Positions 28,644 to 35,763 of a DNA stretch of 35,763 nucleotides are shown here, piece after piece. Both the position numbers and the translations under genes were made by a program. Under the pieces are notes generated by a model that worked only from the letters and a program-made list of their open reading frames with translations, was not told the DNA's origin and did not search any database. This stretch comes from Candidatus Woesebacteria bacterium (GTDB lineage Bacteria; Patescibacteriota; Microgenomatia; UBA8517). The DNA lies in the NCBI GenBank assembly GCA_003484955.1, contig DMZH01000003.1:1-35763 (forward strand), written 5' to 3'. Within the stretch, counting starts at the first letter, position 1. The number at the start of each line of letters is the position of its first letter.

Positions 28644-30545
28644 CTATCTCTCCTCGATTAACAACAAGTTAATGTAATTCTCTATTCTGCTTCCTCCAGT
28701 TGGATTTAACCATAGATCTGTAATCAACTGATTAACCTCGGGTCTTTCTTTAAAAAATCTTGCTGAGTATTCAAGTATCTTGGACCGATTTAAAGTGGCA
28801 TTTTGGTATTCAATATCCATAGATAAACTTTGTAAAGAACTCCCCAAAGTATATATATATCCCATGGCAATTCTTGGATCGTCTTTCTCAAAATCTGCTG
28901 TTCCCGTATAAGATATTAAATGTTCTACGCTTACATATTTTTCCATCCTAAGTGAACCGTCTATTACATAATTAAACGAACCCATGTCCCTAGCACTGGA
29001 CCCGCCACTGTAGCCACCAATTTTGTTTACCAATACATACGCAACCGGTTTTAAGGGATCGACTTTCTCAACTGTTGATTCAAGAACACTTCCTGGAACA
29101 GCTGCAGCAATTTCATAACTCATATCTTCACCGTCTTTCAATCTTTGAATATACTCTTCAAAAGTAACTGGCTTTCTGTTTACAAAATCATCTCCCTGCC
29201 AGGCAAAATAGTGTGCTTTCATAATCTCTTTTGCTAGAACGTTTTCGACTGTGTTAGGGGACAAATATTCCTGTGCCTCGGGATTAACAATCCATTTATC
29301 CAGTGGAAGTTCTTCCCTGTCGTACATATCCTGCCCAATAGCAAAAATTACTTTTACAGGCAAACCTTCAACATTACCCTCTATTTCAAGAGAACTGTGG
29401 AGAGATTCATATTCCGGTGTAGGAGTAACTTCTACCTGTTGAGTTTGTTCCATTATCCAAATGTTTTTATCTGCATTAAACCAGCCTACTAGGGAATCTC
29501 CTCTGAAAGCACCTATTACACTCCAGCCGCTTTTGTCCCAAATCATTTGCTGGGTTGTTCCATTAAGCTCTGCGGGTTTAGTCAGTTCCGAGACTTTGAA
29601 CTCCGGCCTGTTATAGAGATATGCAACCATTCCCATAGCACGGACTAATTGGTTAGCCTCGACCCCGCTTGTAATTGTGAACTTAAGAAAATTGCCGTTG
29701 GTTCCTTTTGCTGCCAAATCCCAATGGACTTCTCCACCCTCCTCATAAATAACAGGCAACATATTACTACTGGCAATTCCATTGGCTTTATACCAATCTT
29801 TCAGTGCTGAGAGGTCTGCTCCTGCCCCAAGCTCAACAATTCTTTTTTCCGCTTCTGCACCGCTAATACTGGGTGTTTTTACAAAGTTTTCGGCAGAAGT
29901 GGGATAAGGAGAGCCTTCAGCTGTCGGAGGAGTTTCTGTTTCCGTAGAGAAAGTTTCAGGAGTCGAAAAAGAGGTTGATGTCTCCAGAGGAACATTTGTT
30001 ACTTCAACAGGAAGAGATGTGTTTGGAGTGATCTCAACATAGCTTTTGACAACATTTCCACAACCTGCGGCACTCAAGGCCATTGTGACAACTGTGGCTC
30101 CTGTGGCAACACTTCTTATAACCTTGCTTTTAATGGTAGATTCCAGTGCACCAAGGAACCCCACAGCTCCTTCTATATTTTGCCTAAATCCTTCAAAGTG
30201 TTCTTTTTGTTTGGGGTTAAGAGGGAGTTCGTTTTGAGCTGTATGTAGTTTGGCGGCTGCAACAACTAAACCGTCAATGGGATCCCCCATTTCCGTAAGC
30301 GGAGATCCAGTCCAGTCAACTGATTCAATTGCTCTTAAGGGATCGTCCTTCAAATCTGAAGCGTTTTTATAAAGTTTCTCAGAGGGCTCACAGAATCTTC
30401 TTCCGACTTGTAGAATAATTTTTTCTGGATCAAGATCCGCGTCTATTGAAGAACGAACCTCCACCGGCTCAAAAGCTTTTTCGTTGGGCATATAATTAGG
30501 TCTTTCTGTACCCATTATATAGAAACTATAAGTAACCCGCCACAC
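28644..30545 (-). CDS. Hypothetical envelope protein (internal TM/lipobox-like LSAAGC, T/P/E linker)
   Basis: Long ORF with a hydrophobic segment ending in Cys. The true start may be ATG 30515. Confidence 0.75.
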   Translation of the reverse strand: MWRVTYSFYIMGTERPNYMPNEKAFEPVEVRSSIDADLDPEKIILQVGRRFCEPSEKLYKNASDLKDDPLRAIESVDWTGSPLTEMGDPIDGLVVAAAKLHTAQNELPLNPKQKEHFEGFRQNIEGAVGFLGALESTIKSKVIRSVATGATVVTMALSAAGCGNVVKSYVEITPNTSLPVEVTNVPLETSTSFSTPETFSTETETPPTAEGSPYPTSAENFVKTPSISGAEAEKRIVELGAGADLSALKDWYKANGIASSNMLPVIYEEGGEVHWDLAAKGTNGNFLKFTITSGVEANQLVRAMGMVAYLYNRPEFKVSELTKPAELNGTTQQMIWDKSGWSVIGAFRGDSLVGWFNADKNIWIMEQTQQVEVTPTPEYESLHSSLEIEGNVEGLPVKVIFAIGQDMYDREELPLDKWIVNPEAQEYLSPNTVENVLAKEIMKAHYFAWQGDDFVNRKPVTFEEYIQRLKDGEDMSYEIAAAVPGSVLESTVEKVDPLKPVAYVLVNKIGGYSGGSSARDMGSFNYVIDGSLRMEKYVSVEHLISYTGTADFEKDDPRIAMGYIYTLGSSLQSLSMDIEYQNATLNRSKILEYSARFFKERPEVNQLITDLWLNPTGGSRIENYINLLLIEER

Positions 30546-30637
30546 CGATTAACTGGGCCTAAGTATACTACTTATGGAGTTTAAAATATAGATTAGAGAT
30601 CATCCCGCAACCTGCTTGTAAGAAGAGGGTCTGCAAG

Positions 30638-31678
30638 CTATTGATCTTCAATAGACTTTTTTTGCAAGTCATCAATTCTGATCACAATTTTATGTATTTG
30701 TTTATCTAAATAGTTTTCAATATTTAGGTCTGCATCTAAAAATTTCTTAGAAGCCACTCTATCTGGAGCAATTCCCCACAACAAGATACTTATCCAATCT
30801 AAAGCTGCTAACTGAACGGCAATATCAATTCTCTCGATAACATGGAGAGGTAACGACGATTGTTCTTTAAATCTATTTAAGAAATATAACTTTTGCTCAC
30901 GAGGAATGTCTTTAGAGCCTTCATGAAGTAAAAAGTTGGCTACTATTTTTACGGGATCGTCCCATCCAAAATACTCAAAGTCGATAAAGCATGGTTCATC
31001 ATTATTTCTCATAATTATATTGTGTGGACCAAAATCAACTGGACTTAACCTCATGTCACTCTCTTTAATTGGTTTGAATAGTTTTTTAGTAGCAGAATTT
31101 TTGTGTAGCCTTTCTATCGTTCCTCGTACTATTTCACTTAATTGATATGTTTCAGCCAATTTAGTAACTTTAGGATGAATCTCTTTTGATTTTAAAGACT
31201 CCTCAAATTTTCCAAACTTAAATAATATTGTGTCTGAATATTCATCTAATGATCGTGAAGCAAACAATGCGTCCAGAAATCTAGCCCTATTTTCATTTTC
31301 AGGCTTTGTTTTCTGTAATTTGTTTAAAAAACATACCACTTTATCGATTTCTATACTTGTAAATGCTTTCGCGTCTGCAATCCTCCCTTTTTCAAACGAA
31401 TATATCGCATAGTTTTGTGTTTCATCGGCAAAATAAGGAGTGGGTACGTCATCAAATCCAGATTTATTGAGAAACTCTAGGGCACCATATTCTCTTTGAA
31501 GTCTCTTTCGATCGTCTGGAAAGTACTCCTTCACGAGAAATTCTTTACAGTTTTCAGTGACAGCTTTGAAAAGCCTGTTATTTCCACCACCCAATATTCT
31601 TGAAAAATCGACAACCGTCGATGAGCTTATGCTTTCAATATTTAAATTTGCGACAGTTCTTAATTCCGTTTCTTTCAT
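30638..31678 (-). CDS. APH/choline kinase-like phosphotransferase
   Basis: GGGNNR, LVKEY, SPVDFGPHN, FIDFEYFGWDDP. Confidence 0.88.
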   Translation of the reverse strand: MKETELRTVANLNIESISSSTVVDFSRILGGGNNRLFKAVTENCKEFLVKEYFPDDRKRLQREYGALEFLNKSGFDDVPTPYFADETQNYAIYSFEKGRIADAKAFTSIEIDKVVCFLNKLQKTKPENENRARFLDALFASRSLDEYSDTILFKFGKFEESLKSKEIHPKVTKLAETYQLSEIVRGTIERLHKNSATKKLFKPIKESDMRLSPVDFGPHNIIMRNNDEPCFIDFEYFGWDDPVKIVANFLLHEGSKDIPREQKLYFLNRFKEQSSLPLHVIERIDIAVQLAALDWISILLWGIAPDRVASKKFLDADLNIENYLDKQIHKIVIRIDDLQKKSIEDQ

Positions 31679-32151
31679 TATTTAAAGTGTTTGTTTTCGT
31701 AATCTGAAATTTTCTTCAATCTCCGAGAATGTCGTTCAACTTCAGACCATTTAGTGTTAAACCATGTATCCAACACTCCATGAAGCTTCTGTTGATTTTT
31801 AAATTTCAAGGCCGCTAAAATAATCACGTTAGCGTTGTTGTGTATTCTGGCAAATTTCGACTCTTTAATTGTTGTACATGGCAAAGCGCGTACCCCTTTA
31901 ACTTTATTTGCAACAATAGTCATTCCACCAGACATCATACAAATTAATATTCCCTCACCAAATCCTTTAGAGACTTTCTCTGCTACCCTAAATCCATAGT
32001 CAGGATAATCATCCGAACCATCGTATTTATGAGGACCCACATCCTCGTGTTTTATATTTTTATTTGAGAGATATTTTAAGACCTTTTTCTTAAGCCCAAA
32101 CCCTGCATGGTCTGATCCAACAAATACTTTTTTGTCTAATTTTCTAATCAT
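31678..32151 (-). CDS. rpiB: RpiB/LacA/LacB sugar-phosphate isomerase
   Basis: GSDHAG, DDYPD, GILIC, ANKVKGVRA, AR.HNNANV, RH.RR. ATG 32151 gives an ATGA overlap with the upstream gene. Confidence 0.88.
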   Translation of the reverse strand: MIRKLDKKVFVGSDHAGFGLKKKVLKYLSNKNIKHEDVGPHKYDGSDDYPDYGFRVAEKVSKGFGEGILICMMSGGMTIVANKVKGVRALPCTTIKESKFARIHNNANVIILAALKFKNQQKLHGVLDTWFNTKWSEVERHSRRLKKISDYENKHFK

Positions 32152-33182
32152 TTGAGGTTCCATTTTAGATTATACATTTCTGAATAATTTTCAATTGTGC
32201 GATACTTATCAGGAATCCCACCTATTCCGTGGAGCGCTCCCAGAAAACATCCGCAAATGGCCGCTATTCCATCGGTGTTTCCCCCAACACACTCTAACAA
32301 TTGTTCTGTCCACCCATAATTTAACATTCTTCGTTTTTCCTTGCCAAAATCTTCTCTAAATGAATTTGCAGCAGTTAATACACCATCTTCAAATTTGTTA
32401 GACTTTAAAGAAATATAAACCGCCAATGGTATCGTCTGAAGAATGGATGAGCCTGTCCCCAATAATTTTCTGGCTTTTTGCACCCCAACTTTTTTGTAAT
32501 TATTTAATGACCACCTAATTCTTTCAATTAATTTCCTGGAATCAATACTGGAACCGTAGTTTTCAATTATCGATAACGAATCTGAAAAACTTTGTTCTAA
32601 ACCAGCACCATTTAGTATTTTAGCTACAGAAATTGCGGCAAAGACCGAACCATTACGCGAAACAATGGAGTTGTGAGTATATGAAGCGCAAATTTCTGAA
32701 TAATTTAAAATAGATTTGGCATCACCTGCACAAAAGAAGATTCCTATTGGAAGGGTTCTATAAACAGACGCGCACGAAGAAGTCAATTTTGCACCGCTAT
32801 CTTTTGGACTGTGCCCATTTAGTAAATTTATACAAGCCCTTAGTGAAGTTTTTCCGGGCCATCTTTCAAAACCCACGATATCTCTGCAGTTTTTTGCCCA
32901 CTTTTTTAAATTGAGTATCATGTCATTTTCATAATAACCCTTGTTTTTTATCAAAGATTCAATCGTCAACAAAAATAAACGCGTGTTGTCTGTAAACTGA
33001 CCTTCATTTAGAGTATAGAAAAATGGATGGCTTTGGTTTCTTGTAAACCCAACTATTTCTCCAATATTGGTTTTGAGGTAATCACTTTTTTTGATCCCTG
33101 CGGCAGGAAATCCCATAGAATCGCCTATAGCAAACCCTAAAATTGCTCCAGTAATTTTTAATGAATTTTTATTTCTTGCCAT
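32148..33182 (-). CDS. ADP-ribosylglycohydrolase (DraG/ARH) family protein, atypical
   Basis: GAILGFAIGDSMG, GQFTDNT, TH, GGNTD..AAICG..LGA.HG...IP. Confidence 0.85.
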   Translation of the reverse strand: MARNKNSLKITGAILGFAIGDSMGFPAAGIKKSDYLKTNIGEIVGFTRNQSHPFFYTLNEGQFTDNTRLFLLTIESLIKNKGYYENDMILNLKKWAKNCRDIVGFERWPGKTSLRACINLLNGHSPKDSGAKLTSSCASVYRTLPIGIFFCAGDAKSILNYSEICASYTHNSIVSRNGSVFAAISVAKILNGAGLEQSFSDSLSIIENYGSSIDSRKLIERIRWSLNNYKKVGVQKARKLLGTGSSILQTIPLAVYISLKSNKFEDGVLTAANSFREDFGKEKRRMLNYGWTEQLLECVGGNTDGIAAICGCFLGALHGIGGIPDKYRTIENYSEMYNLKWNLK

Positions 33183-34101
33183 TTAATATCTTAGATAATT
33201 TTATTCTTTCAATCTTAAATTTGTTTTTATGAATAACTCTTCCAAAGAAAGGCAGGCTTTTGGAATAAGTGTTGACGACAGAGCTTTCTATAATTGGGAA
33301 TTTTTTAATCCTTTTATAGTATTCCCTTTGTTGAAAGAAATTTGGGAGCCATGGGTAGCAAGATATCAGTTTAAAATCTATATTGTTTGCTTTTTTGTAG
33401 TGTCTAAAAAGCCAACATAAATAAATTGCAAATGTGCCCTGGAGCCCTGTGTCAACAATGGTAATTGGAATTTGGAGTTGGAATACTATGCTTGGAATTT
33501 TCCTCTCAATGTTTTTAACAACTAATTCATTCATCTTCTTAAACTTTTGATCATGCACCTCTTTTAAGTGTAGTATTTTGGAATATTTTATAAAAAACTC
33601 AGGCCAATCTAAGCCAGGATTTTTATCTACAACATTATTAATTATAGAAAAAAGTTGTAAATATCTTCTGAAACTCTCCTGCTTATCATATCCCAAATCC
33701 TTTCTAGAAACCCTTAAGGAGAATTTAACTAAATTTTTGGGGTTAATTACATCAAAACATTCCTGCAATACGGCTCCGTCATGTAAAACAAAAATTACAA
33801 TTCCACCTCTAGACTCAAGAGATTTTATAAGCCTTTTTACGCCAAAAACTAGTGCTGGTTCTGAAGATACACTTTTGCTTTGCATGGTAAATGGGGACTT
33901 GTAAAATTTAACAGATTTTTTAATCCTAGAGTATTCGACAATTTGAGATTTTACATCCTCACAAAATTTTTTGGGAAAGTTATATAGAAATATTTCTAAA
34001 CTGTCTAATAGGTTTTCAATTTCGGGCAAAGATAGACTCTTTTTAGAATATGAGTTAATGATATTTATAAAACCACTGACATCGGGTTTATATTTTTCCA
34101 T
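33169..34101 (-). CDS. Hypothetical protein, PRTase-like motif
   Basis: IFVLHDG and ITIVDTGLQGT; first gene of an overlapping four-gene operon. Confidence 0.6.
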   Translation of the reverse strand: MEKYKPDVSGFINIINSYSKKSLSLPEIENLLDSLEIFLYNFPKKFCEDVKSQIVEYSRIKKSVKFYKSPFTMQSKSVSSEPALVFGVKRLIKSLESRGGIVIFVLHDGAVLQECFDVINPKNLVKFSLRVSRKDLGYDKQESFRRYLQLFSIINNVVDKNPGLDWPEFFIKYSKILHLKEVHDQKFKKMNELVVKNIERKIPSIVFQLQIPITIVDTGLQGTFAIYLCWLFRHYKKANNIDFKLISCYPWLPNFFQQREYYKRIKKFPIIESSVVNTYSKSLPFFGRVIHKNKFKIERIKLSKILNGKK

Positions 34102-34138
34102 TTTGACTTATAGTCTAATTGCTGGTATTATACCACAA

Positions 34139-34906
34139 ATGTCGCACGAGCTCAGACTGGACAATTCTTCAAATACTGAGGGTCTACAAACCGCACCTTC
34201 TTCCGCATACGTCCTGTCAGCTGGTTTTGGAACAAGAATGGAAACTTTGACACAAGGTAAATTTCCCAAAGGATTGGTAGAAATCGAACAAGGAAAGGTA
34301 CTTCTAGAATTTGTCTTTGATATCGCAAAGGACAATGGTGTTAACAAAATAGTGACATGTGTTTCGCATCAATCGGAAAAAATAATTGACTTTTGTGCTG
34401 TTAAAGGCTGGGGATCGGATGTGTCATTTTCTATTGAAAGTACACCCCAAGGTGTAATTAAGACTTTTGAAACAGGACTCAAAAACTTTCCTCCGGTAGA
34501 AGATTTTGTCCTCCTTCACGGAGACGAAATTATTGCTAATTTTTCTCTGCAAAGTATGTATAAATTTCATTTGTCTCACAAAGGTTTGGCAACCGGACTA
34601 TTAAGCAGCAACCCTCAGGCAAAAAGAACTGTTATTATGAAATTGGATGATAATGGAAAAGTTTCAGATTCTTTAAGAGATAGCGATGCCATTCATTCTG
34701 ACTATTTAGCCAGTTTGGGTCTATTTATTTTTAGTCCAAAAATAATTAATGAGGTTGGTAGATTTAAAACATGGGAAGAAATGGTAAAAACTTTTTCTAG
34801 GGAGGGTAAACTTTACGGTTTTTCGTCCAAAGCCTATTTCTTCAATATAAACAGCCCGAAAGACATCTCCGATTTCTTGGATTATAAAAGAAATAATAAA
34901 GCTTAA
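34139..34906 (+). CDS. Sugar-phosphate nucleotidyltransferase (NTP_transferase family)
   Basis: VLSAGFGTRM, PKGL, HGD, NINSPKD. Start moved to ATG 34139 to avoid overlap with the divergent gene. Confidence 0.88.
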   Translation: MSHELRLDNSSNTEGLQTAPSSAYVLSAGFGTRMETLTQGKFPKGLVEIEQGKVLLEFVFDIAKDNGVNKIVTCVSHQSEKIIDFCAVKGWGSDVSFSIESTPQGVIKTFETGLKNFPPVEDFVLLHGDEIIANFSLQSMYKFHLSHKGLATGLLSSNPQAKRTVIMKLDDNGKVSDSLRDSDAIHSDYLASLGLFIFSPKIINEVGRFKTWEEMVKTFSREGKLYGFSSKAYFFNINSPKDISDFLDYKRNNKA

Positions 34907-34911
34907 TAGTT

Positions 34912-35397
34912 TTATTTAAAGTTTTTAATAAATTCCCATTGAGATCTTGAAGAGGTCTCCTTGGTAAGCTTGTCTATTTCAGTAAACTTGACTTCTCCGG
35001 TATCCTGTCCATTACCGTTTGGTAATATTTTACCTCCGATTTTTTCTACTTCGTAATAAATAAAAATTCCGTGAACGTCGGTCCCTTTGAAAGTGAAAAA
35101 GTCTTCGCCAACTCCTAAAAGCTTCCCTATTCTTACTTTGATTCCTGTTTCTTCCTTAAATTCTCTTTCTAGCCCTTGAGATATTGATTCATCCATTTCG
35201 ATTCCCCCTCCAGGAAATCCATATTTTGAAAGCAATTTATGTCTTTGGACCAACACTTTATTTTCTGCTCTTAAAACTCCATAAGCACTTGGTCTAAATT
35301 TAAAATCGTTTAACCAGCGTTTGTGCTTTTTACCAAATAAATCAAAGGCGGTAATTTGTCTGTTCCTGCTTTTCTTAAAAAGAGGTTCGTCAATCAT
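34912..35397 (-). CDS. Nudix hydrolase
   Basis: Nudix box GGGIEMDESISQGLEREFKEETG; TGATATAAT lies 6 nt upstream. Confidence 0.93.
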   Translation of the reverse strand: MIDEPLFKKSRNRQITAFDLFGKKHKRWLNDFKFRPSAYGVLRAENKVLVQRHKLLSKYGFPGGGIEMDESISQGLEREFKEETGIKVRIGKLLGVGEDFFTFKGTDVHGIFIYYEVEKIGGKILPNGNGQDTGEVKFTEIDKLTKETSSRSQWEFIKNFK

Positions 35398-35542
35398 ATA
35401 AGTATTATATCAATTATTTGAATATCAATATCGTAATGGTAAATGTATGATGGTCTTATATACACATATAAGACCATTCAGCTTGGAGTTAGGTAAAAGG
35501 ATCTTGCAGGGGTCACCTTTTAAAGGTGCTGGGTGATAAAAA

Positions 35543-35740
35543 TTAGTTTACAGAAGTTTCCAATTTAGCTACTCTTTTTTCCAAAGAGCTGAATTGATTT
35601 ATGGTTGGAGAATTTACAGCTACATTGGAAATAGACTTGATAAGTTCTTTTTTTGTTTTGTTTAGTTCCCGTTTAAGTGTGGTTTCGGTTACCATGCCAA
35701 ACTCCTTTAAAATTGGCTTTAAATTATTTTTTGTCACCAC
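35543..35740 (-). CDS. Small hypothetical protein with a coiled-coil C-terminus
   Basis: LEKRVAKLE ending, similar in character to 24256-24507. Confidence 0.55.
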   Translation of the reverse strand: MVTKNNLKPILKEFGMVTETTLKRELNKTKKELIKSISNVAVNSPTINQFSSLEKRVAKLETSVN

Positions 35741-35763
35741 ACCAATCTCCTGGAGCTGTTTTT

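Noticed and set aside
33971..34138. N-terminal extension of the nucleotidyltransferase in the ORF track
   Set aside because: It overlaps the divergent gene; family motifs begin after ATG 34139.
1..35763. CRISPR array, tRNA or rRNA
   Set aside because: By eye I found no regularly spaced repeat-spacer series or recognisable tRNA/rRNA; a covariance search was not possible.

Overview
Chromosomal segment that most likely comes from a Patescibacteria/CPR (Microgenomates-like) bacterium. This is inferred from gene content and widespread leaderless promoters, not from a database search. Left part (+ strand): 3' part of a K+-independent H+-PPase, a sortase beside a 1945-aa LPATG surface protein, two small secreted-protein genes with structured UTRs, a DUF3800 gene with a convergent candidate small RNA, a PRTase-like protein, gyrA with a LAGLIDADG intein, and a SIMPL protein. 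Near 17.3 kb the coding strand flips to minus. Two Xer-like recombinases follow (one intact, one with substituted catalytic residues), then an ~800-bp non-coding region with a symmetric 13-6-13 dif-like site, which suggests a replication terminus. Next come yebC, a cluster of small toxin-antitoxin-like two-gene modules (one flanked by a 22-bp duplication of the 3' end of a large surface-protein gene) and two large envelope proteins. The window ends with an AT-rich sugar/nucleotide cluster: APH-type kinase, RpiB, atypical ADP-ribosylglycohydrolase, PRTase-like protein, nucleotidyltransferase and Nudix hydrolase.
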